Positions 35,051 to 47,596 of a stretch of 48,640 bases of DNA are shown here, piece after piece (within the stretch, counting starts at the first letter, position 1; each line of letters starts with the position of its first letter). Below the pieces are notes generated by a model. It did no database searches. It had not been told where the DNA came from and was given only the letters and a program-made list of their open reading frames with translations. Position numbers and translations under genes: made by a program. This stretch comes from Octopus sinensis (taxonomy: Eukaryota). The stretch spans positions 1 to 48,640 of the forward strand of contig NW_021834415.1 in assembly GCF_006345805.1 (NCBI RefSeq). The letters run 5' to 3'.

Positions 35051-35798
35051 TAAATACTAAATTTCTAAATCTCTCGTAGAGACATGTGCGGTGGTGGGGC
35101 AATATAGAATGGTTGTATACTGTCAATCTAACACGAACGTGACAGTAGGGGGGTACACCACCGCTGTATAGCCCTAGGAAGCATCGACGCCTCCTGATGG
35201 CTTTGACACATTTTTCCCTGTGTCGTTATATACATTTACGAAGGGGAGACAAACACCCCCGGCCGCCGGAGCTGCATCTAGGGACACGTGTTTCAGGATC
35301 ATTGTCCTTCATCGGCCTAGAGTAGCAGACACCGGTCAGCTGGCGATATTTGCCTCGACTTCGTATTGTATATATCTATAATTCAGTGAAGTCTATTCAC
35401 TGATTATCAAAATAAGAAATACTAAATTTCTAAATCTCTCGTAGAGACATGTACGGTGGTGGGGCGATAGAATGGTTGTATACTGTCAATCTAACACGAA
35501 CGTGACAGTAGGGGGGTACACCACCGCTGTATAGCCCTAGGAAGCATCGACGCCTCCTGATGGCTTTGACACATTTTTCCCTGTGTCCTTATATACATTT
35601 ACGAAGGGGAGACAAACACCCCCGGCCGCCGGAGCTGCATCTAGGGACACGTGTTTCAGGATCATTGTCCTTATAAGGACACAGGGAAAAATGTGTCAAA
35701 GCCATCAGGAGGCGTCGATGCTTCCTAGGGCTATACAGCGGTGGTGTACCCCACTACTGTCACGTTCGTGTTAGATTGACAGTATACAACCATTCTAT
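35051..35798 (-). mobile_element. Hammerhead-bearing 363-365-nt tandem repeat (1.7 copies) with terminal inversion; retrozyme/Penelope pLTR-like
   Basis: Direct copies start at 35056 and 35421; 35673-35798 is an inverted segment; (TA)n flanks. Confidence 0.85.
35277..35321 (-). ncRNA. Type I hammerhead ribozyme motif (U4C variant)
   Basis: ucuagg-CCGAUGA-AGGA(caauga)UCCU-GAA-ACACGUGU-C-ccuaga: 6-bp stem I, 4-bp helix II, 8-nt palindromic helix III, GUC site between 35283 and 35282. Confidence 0.75.
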
Positions 35799-35856
35799 AT
35801 ATATATATATACATACATGGGCATATATATATTATATACATATCTCTCTATCTCTT

Positions 35857-35929
<73 letters not shown>

Positions 35930-36279
35930 GTGTGTGTATGTGTGTGTGTGTATACATATATAATTTTTTAAACTCTTCACAATGTAAGTTATAATAATTA
36001 ATAATTCAAGTTGATGGTTAGTCCTATTAAACGGTAATTCAAAATTTCAGGGTTAGGACCCCTTCTTCAGGACACCTACGGAGAAAGCTTGCTGATCGTC
36101 AGCTATCAACACCTTTTCTCTGTTGATTTCCTGAAGAAGGGCTCCTGAACCAGAAATATTGAAATACCAGATAAAAGACTAATCATCGAGTTATATTATT
36201 AAATTAATTAATAATTTTCATTGTTTAAACTTAAAAAAAAATATCTGAAGCATAGAGGTTCGGTTAATGTAAGAAAGTA

Positions 36280-36690
36280 CGCAGTGGCTGTGTGGTAAGT
36301 AGCTTGCTTACCAACCACATGGTTCCGGGTTCAGTCCCGCTGCGTGGCACCTTGGGCAAGTGTCTTCTACTATAGCCTCGGGCCGACCAAAGCCTTGTGA
36401 GTGGATTTGGTAGACGGAAACTGAAAGAAGCCCATCGTATATATGTATATATATATATATATATATGCGTGTGTGTGTTTGTGTGTCTGCGTTTGTCCCC
36501 CTAGCATTGCTTGACAACCGATGCTGGTGTGTTTATGTCCCCGTTAGCTAGCGGTTCGGCAAACCACACCGATAGAATAAGTACTGAGCTTACAAAGAAT
36601 AAGTCCCGGGGTCAATTTGCTCGACTAAGGCGGTGGTCTAGCATGGCCGCAGTCAAATGACTGAAACAAGTAAAAGAGTAAAAGAGTAAA
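36280..36690 (+). mobile_element. SINE family A, near full length
   Basis: Match to 17052-17503 including the (TAAAAGAG)n tail. Confidence 0.92.
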
Positions 36691-37439
36691 GTCAGCATTT
36701 ATGTGGAACATGTACTAAATGTTATAAAATTCACGATTGAATGAATGAGACGGTGAAGAAAATGAATGTCCAAGAAAACTCAGAAGGCATAATTCAATTT
36801 TTCATACGAAAATAATTTATTTTACAATTTTGAAACGAACGCTGAACCAAGTGTATAAAAAGGAAGATTCTGTTTTTGAACTGTGTAACGTTATAGGCTG
36901 TAGAATAAATACTGAGTACCGCAGTAGAAAGGTTGTGCGGCGTTGATACTCACAGTGATGAAGAATACAAGGACTGTTTAAAAGTCTTGAAACTGGTTAG
37001 AAGGAGTGGAATAACACTTCTGTAATTATATTGAAAAATGTTGAGGCTTTCTACTTCGCCAAGTTTTCGAATTTGTTAATAAATATAATACTTTTTTTTT
37101 CCAGATATATTTTCAGAATAATACTTTTTTTTTTCAGATATATTTGCGAGTATTGTCGGTGGTGTTAAATCAGTCAAATTTTCATGTTGGTAGTACTTGG
37201 AAGTGAACTTTGTTGTTTGTTTGAAGACAAGGCTGCAAGTAAACTTTCAATATGAGTTCGTTTCACTGTTGAGCGGGGGAAGATACATACATAAACTAAG
37301 ACACATACACACGAACATTAACACACACCTGAAGCCTATCTCTGTATGTTTGTCTCTATCTTTAGACGTGTGTGTGTGTCAGTCGTCACAAAAATGTATG
37401 TATACTGACAGACATATGTGTCTGTCAGTATAAATACAT

Positions 37440-37673
37440 TTTTTCTTTCTTTACTATCCACAAGGGAGGACACAGAGAGGACAAAAGCGGACAGACAGAC
37501 GGATTAAGTCGATTATATCGAACCCAGTGCGTAACTGGTACTTAATTTATCAACCCCGAAAGGATGAAAGGCAAAGTCGACCTCGGCGGAATTTGAACTC
37601 AGAACGTAACGGCAAACGAAATACGGCTACGCATTTCGCCCGGCGTGCTAACGTTTCTGCCGGCTTGCCGCCT
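37440..37673 (-). mobile_element. SINE family B
   Basis: Match to 25380-25607. Confidence 0.9.
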
Positions 37674-37792
37674 TAAATACGTGAATGTAAATATAGTTTA
37701 GTTGGTAGCCAAAGGCTTACTGAATGTTTTGATACCCCTTACATCAAAATCGGCAACTCGGTTTCGGAATGCATAAGGAACATACGCACACA

Positions 37793-37855
<63 letters not shown>

Positions 37856-38380
37856 ACACGAGATATATGCCTATATATATATATATATATATGTACACAC
37901 ACATATATATTTACACACACACACACACAAACTCCTTTATATATATATACATACATATATATACATATATATACATATTTACATATATATATTTACATGT
38001 ATATATACTTACATATATACATATATACATATTTATTTATATACATATATTTATATACACACACACATATATTTACACACCACACACACACAATCTCAAA
38101 CACAGATACACGCTCCCCACCCTTACATATTCTTATGCTCCATAAAGTGAAGAACACAAGAAACACGTGCTACCGATAAGCAGCCGTGACTGCATCCTCA
38201 CTATCTGTGACCACAAGCCCTCGTACATTCCATTTGCTTTGTACTTTTCACTATATGTTCACTCTGTTTGTTTTCCCTCCAAATACCCACTTAAATTCTT
38301 TGTTTGATAACAGCCGACACGTGTATTCAACGATGAAGGTGAGCTTATCAGAATGTGTAGCAATTCATATATATATATAT

Positions 38381-38427
<47 letters not shown>

Positions 38428-38619
38428 CACACACATATAATATATATATATATATATATACATACATACATAAATATATATATATATATTTGTATATATG
38501 TATGCATGTATAGACAGACTTTCGAAGCGTCTAATGGTGTTGTAGAGAAAGATTGGGTATTTACCCATATATATGTATGTGTATATATATATTTACACAC
38601 TCACACACACACGCACGTG

Positions 38620-38699
<80 letters not shown>

Positions 38700-39253
38700 C
38701 ACGCTGCATCTGAGGTCATTACATCGCCCCACACCCACTAGTGAGCAGTGCAGAACGAAGCCGAAACGATTGTTGTGCTGATAGAGATATACATACACAC
38801 ATACATACATACAAACATACATACATAAATACATACATACACACATACATACATACATACATACATACATACAAACATACATTCATAGATGCATACACAC
38901 ATACATACATACATACATACATACATTCATACATACACACACACATACATACATACATACATACATACAAACATACATACATAATACATACATACAAACA
39001 TACAAACACACATACATACATACGCAATTTTCTCCTTTGATATTTTATTTTACATTCCTTTAAATTTCTCTTTGCTGAGAGCATAACAGACACCAAAGGT
39101 GAGGAGCGAGTTTATCGGTTGATATATGAACGACAAGGTGAGTAATGGCCTGTCTGAGGCTAAAGATAACTTTTGGAACTAAGGAATCAAAATTATCTGT
39201 GATATGAGACAGAAAACAGAATTAATCGTTACTACTACTACTACTACTGCTGT

Positions 39254-39298
<45 letters not shown>

Positions 39299-39341
39299 AC
39301 CACCACCACCACCACCACCACCACCACTGCTACTGCTGCTG

Positions 39342-39386
<45 letters not shown>

Positions 39387-39457
39387 ATAATAATAATAAT
39401 GCTACTGCTTCAACAATAATTTCTCTATATTCATAAGCTATATACATAGCATGTATA

Positions 39458-39493
<36 letters not shown>

Positions 39494-39542
39494 GTGTGTG
39501 TGTATTCATATATATATATAAATATATATATATATTCATAAG

Positions 39543-39596
<54 letters not shown>

Positions 39597-39623
39597 TCAC
39601 ACACACACACACACAAACACAGG

Positions 39624-39654
<31 letters not shown>

Positions 39655-40231
39655 ACAACACACACACACACACACATATAAACAAATCCATGAACCAAAA
39701 AAAATCACAGAAAAGCTAAGAAAAGTCAGTTTGATGTACAGATTGAATATATTAGATTAACGCTCAGTGTAAGTTTCAGATGGAAAAGGTCCGCGTTCCA
39801 GCAACTGAAGTCATCCAGTTAAAAAATATCGTCTGCTGAGTTATGCAATCTTGAAAATGCATGGTCCCCACCTCTCTAGCTCTCTCTCTCTCTCTCTCTC
39901 TCTGTCTTTCACAACTTCACTGTCACTCTGTTATTTCTTAGTAATTAATATCGCTAAACAATCGATTAATCAGATTTGTTGATTGGACTGGTCTGTTTGA
40001 CCTCGGGTGAAGAAGCACTAACTTTTAAAATGGAAGCTATTCGAATTCTTTAAAAAGTTTTTGTCAGCCAAATCAACTTTGTCGCATTAATAGGTGGCCA
40101 AATTAAGGCGGCGAGCTGCGACCGTGCTACGGCACCGACACACAAACATACACATACACATATACGACAGGTTTCTTTCAGTTTCCATCTACCAAATCCA
40201 CTCACAGGGCTTTGGTTGGTCCTGGTAGCTT

Positions 40232-40613
40232 ATATGGGAAGCACTCCGTCGGTTACGACGATGAGGGTTCCGGTTGATCCGAATCAATGGAACAGCCTGC
40301 TCGTGAAATTAACGTGTAAGTGGCTGAGCACTCCACAGACACGTGCACCCTTAACGTAGTTCTCGGGGATATTCAGCATGACACAGAGAGTGACAAGGCC
40401 GGCCCTTTGAATACAGGTACAACAGAAACAGGAAGTAAGAGTGAGAGAAAGTTGTGGTGAAAGAGTACAGCAGGGATCACCACCATCCCTGCCGGAGCTC
40501 GTGGATCTTTAGGTGTTTTCCGCTCAATAAACACTCACAACGCCCGGTCTGGGAATCGAAACCGCGATCCTATGACCGCGAGTCCGCTGCCCTAACCACT
40601 GGGCCATTGCGCC
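40232..40613 (-). mobile_element. SINE family C, full length
   Basis: Reverse complement of 12017-12402. Confidence 0.92.
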
Positions 40614-41425
40614 TCTCTGGCAGCTTATATACATACATGCAAACAGACACACACACACACACATCTATATACACGTGTGTGTATGCGCGTGTTTGTGTGC
40701 GTGTGTGTGTGTGTGTATGCGTATGTGTAAAGGGAGTACGTCGTTAAACGGGCATAACTGAGTAGTTAAAATGTTCACTCGGTAGGTAACCATGACATTA
40801 TAGGCATGGAGGAGATTAATGATCTTTCTGCTTCTAGGATAAAATTATGTCTAATTCTTAGGGAGTGCTGTCTAATGTGAACGATTAAAAATAATGTAGT
40901 TAGCGTTTCAGACGCAAATAACAGTTTGCTTAAAGATTCGTAGAGCAACAACAACATTTGCAGAAACAAAATTGGTGACTAATATGACAAAAAATGCTCC
41001 TTGCTCCGAGAGTTTATTTGGAAAATAACAATCGAACGTCTTTATATCTCGTGTAAATCAGGAAGGACTGTATGTGTGCCCATCTAAAGATGAATTGAAT
41101 GAAACACATCCCGATGTATAGGACTGTATTTTGTCTACTAAAGGAGGCAAGACGTAGAGGAGTATTTTCCGCTTTACAGGATAGGGGGCGAAACCAATAG
41201 ACAGGGTGATGTGGTGAGATTCACACGCGCCCATGGCCTTATATCACTCAATACATGAGTCAGCGCAACATGAGGGTGACTGTTAGGGGAATTGCAAGTG
41301 ACATTGACGTCTGGTATGTCGTTACCATCGTGGTGCAGTTTGGCTGAGTTGTGAGATCCGAAGTGACGAGGGAGGTCATGTGGTCAGAAACAATCATTTA
41401 AAATGGGGAACTGGAAGAATTGTTA

Positions 41426-41842
41426 GGCGGTGGGCTGGCAGAATTGCTAGCACGCCGGGCGAAATGCTTAGCGGTATTTCGTCTGCTGTTACGTTCTGAG
41501 TTCAAATTCCGACGAAGTCGACTTTACCTTTTATCCCTTCGGGGTCGATTAAATAAGTACTAGTTACGCACTGGGGTCGATATAATCGACTTAATTCGTT
41601 TGTCTGTCCTTGTTTGTCCTCTCTGTGTTTAGCCCCTTGTGGGTAGTAAAGAAATAGGTATTCCGTCTGCCGTTACGTTCTGAGTTCAAATTCCGCCGAG
41701 GTCAACTTTGCCTTTCATCCTTTCGGGGTCGATAAAATAAGTACCAGTTACGCACTGGGGTCGATATAATCGACTTAATCCCTTTGTCTGTCCTTGTTTG
41801 TCCCCTCTATGTTTAACCCCTGCTGGGCAATAAAGAAATAAG
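41426..41842 (+). mobile_element. SINE family B, partial dimer
   Basis: Junction gtagtaaagaaatag|gtattccgtctgcc at about 41655. Confidence 0.9.
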
Positions 41843-42077
41843 AATCATTAAAGTGTGGGGAAAATGTGTTACGGCATTTATTCCGGTCCTTTACGCTCTG
41901 GGGTCAAATCTTTCTTGAGTCAAATTCGTCTTTCATCCTTCCGGAGGATTGAAAAGATGTAGTATTAATGAAGTACTGGTGTCAATGGAATAAGCTAACC
42001 GATCCCCTCAAGACTATTGGTTTCGTGTAAGAATTAGAAATTATTATAAGAGCGATTGACTGACAGAATAGTTTGAG

Positions 42078-42463
42078 GGTGGAGGCGCAATGGCCCAGTG
42101 GTTAGGGCAGCGGACTCGCGGTCATAGGATCGCGGTTTCGATTCCCAGACCGGGCGTTGTGAGTGTTTATTGAGCGAAAACACCTAAAAGCTCCGCGAGG
42201 CTCCGGCAGGGGATGGTGGTGATCCCTGCTGTACTATTTCACCACAACTTTCTCTCGCTCTTACTTCCTGTTTCTGTTGTATCTGTATTTCAAAGGGCCG
42301 GCCTTGTCACTCTCTGTGTCACTCTGAATATCTCCGAGAACTACGTTAAGGCTACACGTGTCTGTGGAGTGCTCAGCCACTTACATGTTAATTTCACGAG
42401 CAGGCTGTTCCGTTGATTCGGATCAACCGGAACCCTCGTCGTCGTAACCGACGGAGTGCTTCC
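42078..42463 (+). mobile_element. SINE family C, full length
   Basis: Match to 12017-12402. Confidence 0.92.
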
Positions 42464-42705
42464 CATTCCATCCAGTTTGAGGGTCGAAAAAGTATCTGAA
42501 GAAACAAACTGTCAACGGCGAAGACCAAGCAGTTCAGTTTGCGAACTACTGCTATCATCCGCAGTCACGGTGCGCACAGATGAAGTATTTCATTTATCGA
42601 AAGACCGATGGAAGTTATTAGTCCGAGCAAATCGCCCGACCGGATGATGCTGACGCTTTTTTTAGAAACAATATTACATTTGTTAATAACAGCAACAACA
42701 AGCAC

Positions 42706-42752
42706 TACTACTACTACAACAACTACTACTACTACTACCACCACCACCACCC

Positions 42753-42785
<33 letters not shown>

Positions 42786-42793
42786 ATACTACT

Positions 42794-42845
<52 letters not shown>

Positions 42846-42887
42846 CCACCACCACCACCAAACCACTACCACCACCACCACCACACC

Positions 42888-42945
<58 letters not shown>

Positions 42946-42946
42946 T

Positions 42947-42980
<34 letters not shown>

Positions 42981-42985
42981 GCTAA
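42706..42985. repeat. (ACT/ACC/GCT)n trinucleotide microsatellite
   Basis: Direct inspection. Confidence 0.95.
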
Positions 42986-43214
42986 TGCTGCCGCTGCTAG
43001 TAATTCCTGATGTAATTGACGTTCAGCTGTAACAACATATTACAGTGATAACAAGACATTCAGTTGTATTTCGGAAACAAGGGAAAGCATTTCTTATTTT
43101 GTGAACTAATTGTCTGTTCTGAATACAATTGATACACACCACACACACCACACACACACACACACAACACACACACACCCACACACACACACACACACAC
43201 AACACAAACACACA

Positions 43215-43247
<33 letters not shown>

Positions 43248-43465
43248 ATATATATATATATATATTAATATATATATATATAGATATATCTTAGTGTTAC
43301 GTAGCTTGTGTGCATCTATTAAGATATCGTATAACATTTCGTGTGTCGGCGTAATAGCGAATAATTAAATTAACTGCATTCTTAATAAGAGAGCCTGAAG
43401 TTTATAAACCTATTTGCTTTGGAAGAATATCAAGCACTAAAGAAACTAACACATTTACCCCCACC

Positions 43466-43500
<35 letters not shown>

Positions 43501-43910
43501 TATATATCTATATATATATATATATATATATATGTGAGTGTATGTATGAACGTATGTATGAATGTATTTATATACATATATATATATATATATATATTAA
43601 TTCTAAATGTGGCTGAAGATTGCTCGATATTTTAAAACTGATGTAATACTTACCGTGTTTGATAAAATGAAGTAGCATGAAACAATTGTACAACACTACC
43701 TTGGATATCCTTGTTGCTTATTTTGATTAAAATCACCCCATTTGATTTATATGGATAATACCATACAAAATTCTGATGCCTTTAACTTAAGTACCATATT
43801 CATCTGAATCTAAATTTTGCTGAACTTATATATATATATAAGCAATAATAAATCTCTGAACGAGGTATAAACAGTAGCTGCACGACAATATGAAGTATAT
43901 TTTCCACTTA

Positions 43911-44214
43911 AATGTGGCTAACCCCTAAGGGTGGATGCTACTGTAGCTTGTAGCCCCAGGAGAACATCTTCTCCAGCTGGCTATTGACACACTTTCTGTG
44001 CCCTATCATCGAAGACCGGTGATTGTCGTGCGCTGATGACGGGTAAATATTCAGAAACCCGGGTCCGCGCGTATCACGTCAGGTCGACGATGGGAAGGAT
44101 GGCTTCCCTTAGCAAATACTGATAGGGCACAGAAAGTGTGTCAATAGCCAGCTGGAGATGTTCTCCAGGGGCTACAAACTACAGTAGCATCCACCTTTAG
44201 TGGTCAGCCACATT
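43911..44214. mobile_element. Fold-back element: 98/95-bp inverted arms around a 111-nt hammerhead-containing spacer
   Basis: 43911-44008 is the reverse complement of 44120-44214, with a few substitutions and a 3-nt indel. Confidence 0.88.
44028..44070 (+). ncRNA. Type I hammerhead ribozyme motif
   Basis: gugcg-CUGAUGA-c-GGGU(aaau)AUUC-a-GAA-ACCCGGGU-C-cgcgc: intact core, 8-nt palindromic helix III, GUC site after 44065; helix II is weak. Confidence 0.7.
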
Positions 44215-44466
44215 AAAAAAAAATGGGGTCTTGTCCTGTTGATCAGGCACCCGTGGCTTTTCTGAGTTTTTTCCACGAGGACCTTAAAGCACTTCTCCTA
44301 TTGGGAGTATTAGTTTGTTTAATGTTTTGTTTAATGCTTTGTTTACACGCGGAAAACCCATTGTATCATCCCGTTTTTGTATGTGTTGTTGCATGTCTTA
44401 ATGTTATTGTATGTGAGCCCTTGTGGCTAATAAATGAGTAAATTATTATTATTATTATTATTATTA

Positions 44467-44499
<33 letters not shown>

Positions 44500-46067
44500 C
44501 ATTGTCATTTACTTTTAATCTGCATGTTTGATGCAATCACCTGCCGGGGCACACCCAGCGCTCTAGGGCAAGTGAAGGTTAAGAGTTGTTGAAATATAGC
44601 TGAAAGCTTGGGGAGGGGAAGTAGAGATATATCTCCATGTAATGCAAACACAAACATTTACATTGATAGGGTTTTTCTAAGGATGTGGGCAGTACTTGTT
44701 AGCACAATCTTTTGGATTTCCTTGAGACATAGTTTTCCAGGGATATTGTCTAGGTGTTTCTGACATCCCTTTTTTTATCATACCTAGGGCACCTACAATA
44801 ACAGGAACAGTTTTTGTTTTAAAATTCCACATCTTTTGTATTTCGATTCCAGGTCCTAATATTTACTAAGTTTGTCAAATTCCTTTACAGATACATTTTT
44901 ATCAGTGGGGACGCTTACTTCTATTAGTCTGCAGATATTTTCTTCCCTATCTTTAACAATTATGTCTGGTCGATTAGCCTTGATCGTTCTGTCAGTGTTG
45001 ACTGGAAAATCCCAGAGGATGGTGACATCTTTACCTTCAACAACTGGCTGAGGATGGTGTTCATACCAGTTAGTAGGAGTGTCGGATTTGTAGTGTTTAC
45101 ATATCTTCCAATGTATATACTGTCCTACCCTATCGTGGCGATTTTGTATTCGTTTGGTGTCAGCACAGGACATCCCGAAACGAGATGGTCTATTGTTTCG
45201 TCAAATGTGTCACAGAATCTGCATTTAGGGTCAGTACCGTTTCGAGAACGTTAGCTGGTAATTTCTGGTAAACAAGCTTTGATCTTGTGCTGCCATTATG
45301 AAGCCTTCAGTCTCTGCTTTCAATCCAGAACTCTTCAGCCACTGATGGGTTGTTGCTTGGTCTACATCAGCATTTTGGCTTCGGAGAACATATTGTCCAT
45401 GCAGGGGCTTCTGGCTCCACCGCCTCTCAATTTGATTCTGCCCGTTCTTTTTTGCAGTTCTGCTTGATTCGCTTTGCTTGCTTGGTAGCAGTGGTTTCCG
45501 GCTCTTCATCTGATTCAAGGTTATGTCTAGTTCCCTTTCGACTTATAAGCTTCCTTGACAATAGAATGCAGCTTTTTGCTGCTTTCGTGTCGCACACAAG
45601 TCGCAGCATCCAGTCCTTTGTACTAGATAGGTACCTGTTCATTCCTACAGTAGAGGTCTTATAGTACAGCTCTAATTGCATCATTCCTCTCCCCCCGCTG
45701 CTTCTAGGTAGGTACAAGCGGTCTACATCTGCCTTAGGGTGGTGCATGCTCTTGGATGTCAGTACTTTCTTGTCTTCTGTCCAAGCGTTGGAGTTCCGTA
45801 AGGTTCCAGTTAATGATGTTAAAACTGTACTGGACTACTGGAAGTGCCAGGGTGTTATGGCCTCAATGCAATTTTTGGAGTTGAGTTCAGTCTTCAGTAC
45901 AAGCCTTATTCTCCTATAGTATTCCTTTCTTATTTTTTTTCCTTCATAGTAGCATGATGTATACCATCTTCTTCGTTGATTCCTAGGTATTTGTAACTTC
46001 TTGTGGTCAAGTTCCTGATGGAATGTCAATATCTAATTTAACAGAAGCTGTTTGCCTGAGCTGCCTC

Positions 46068-46069
<2 letters not shown>
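44500..46069 (-). mobile_element. 5'-truncated R4/Dong-like RLE non-LTR retrotransposon between two (ATT)n tracts
   Basis: HPKADVDRLYLPRSSGGRG; QWLKSSGLKAETEGFIMAAQDQSLFTRNY; CRFC..ETIDHL zinc knuckle; RHDRVGQYIHW; RPDIIVKD..CRLIEVSVP (PD-(D/E)xK nuclease); 3' UTR ends at (TAA)n. Frameshifted. Confidence 0.92.
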
Positions 46070-46110
<41 letters not shown>

Positions 46111-46677
46111 TATTATATTATTATTATTATTATTATTACTATTATTATTATTATTATTACTCCACAACACGTGCAATCGTTACGTAATATTTGTTCAAAA
46201 CCGTTCGGTCTCAGTGTGTGATAAGACTACTTTTGCACTCCACATTAACAAACCATCCGAAAGACTTCCAACCAATTTTATTCTTATTTCAGACTTATTT
46301 TCCGTCAGGGTGTTTGAATTTATCGGAAGCTAGTGTTGAAGACATTTTGCCCAAAGAGCCATGCAGGGGAATCGCTACCAGGATTTGGTGGAGACAGGAC
46401 GATATTTCTTAACCATCCGGCCATGCTGTAGTAATGATAGAAAAACACAAAAAAACAAACTGAAGTGTCAACAAGTTTGTGGGTAACTTCAGAAGAAATA
46501 TTCAAAAGTGTAACTCCCTTGTTAGCTATTCACTGATATCAGTGTTTACGTATCTGCTGCTGCACTACTGATATCAGAAGATATACCTATATGTACATAT
46601 ATACAATGCATACATACATACAAATATATATATATAATATATATAGATATATATAACATACATACATACATACATAC

Positions 46678-46740
<63 letters not shown>

Positions 46741-46869
46741 TACATACATGCATGCACATGTATATATGTATGCAGGTAATATTATATATAATATGCATTT
46801 TAGACCTACACACACATATATATGATATATTTATACATACATATATATGTATACGATGTGTGGTTTGTA

Positions 46870-46914
<45 letters not shown>

Positions 46915-47423
46915 GATACATATACATATACATATACAACATAGATACACACACACACATATATATTCATATATTTATATATGTGCGTGTGTGCACATAT
47001 ATATATATGCGTTGGTATATATGTGAATGTATGTATATGTATGTATGTATATATATATATAAATGCATACGCATACATGTTTTACATATATATATTGAGG
47101 GAGAGAGAAATGGAGAGTCTGAGAGAGAGAGAGAGATGGGGAGGAAGAAAGAAAGAGAGCGGGGCAAGGTAAGATTTGTAGATGTCAGTGATATCACTCC
47201 GATATCTAATCTCGTAGAGGGCGTTGCGGTGAGTGGGGAACGATTAGAATTTAACTCAGATTAACGTTCAACTCTCCGTTCTTCATGAATAAACGAAGCT
47301 GAATCTGGGAGATAAGCAACAAACAACAACAACAACAACAACAACGACAAAAACGGTAGCAGCAGCAACAATTACCATAATTAGTACCAGCCGTTTGACT
47401 ATCACTGCCGCTGCCACCAACAC

Positions 47424-47426
<3 letters not shown>

Positions 47427-47488
<62 letters not shown>

Positions 47489-47562
47489 ATCTTCATCACA
47501 TCATCATATCATCATCATCATCATCATCATCATCATCGTCGTCGTCGTCGTCGTCGTCGTCG

Positions 47563-47596
<34 letters not shown>

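Noticed and set aside
38145-38350. GAAACACGTG / GACACGTGT words suggesting further hammerheads
   Set aside because: Cores are mutated and no consistent stems can be drawn.
40775-41235. Minus-strand ORFs as the missing N-terminal exon
   Set aside because: No HG motif and no suitable phase-2 donor.
46531-46577. cactgatatcagtg palindrome and a nearby partial repeat
   Set aside because: Too short to distinguish from chance in 48 kb.
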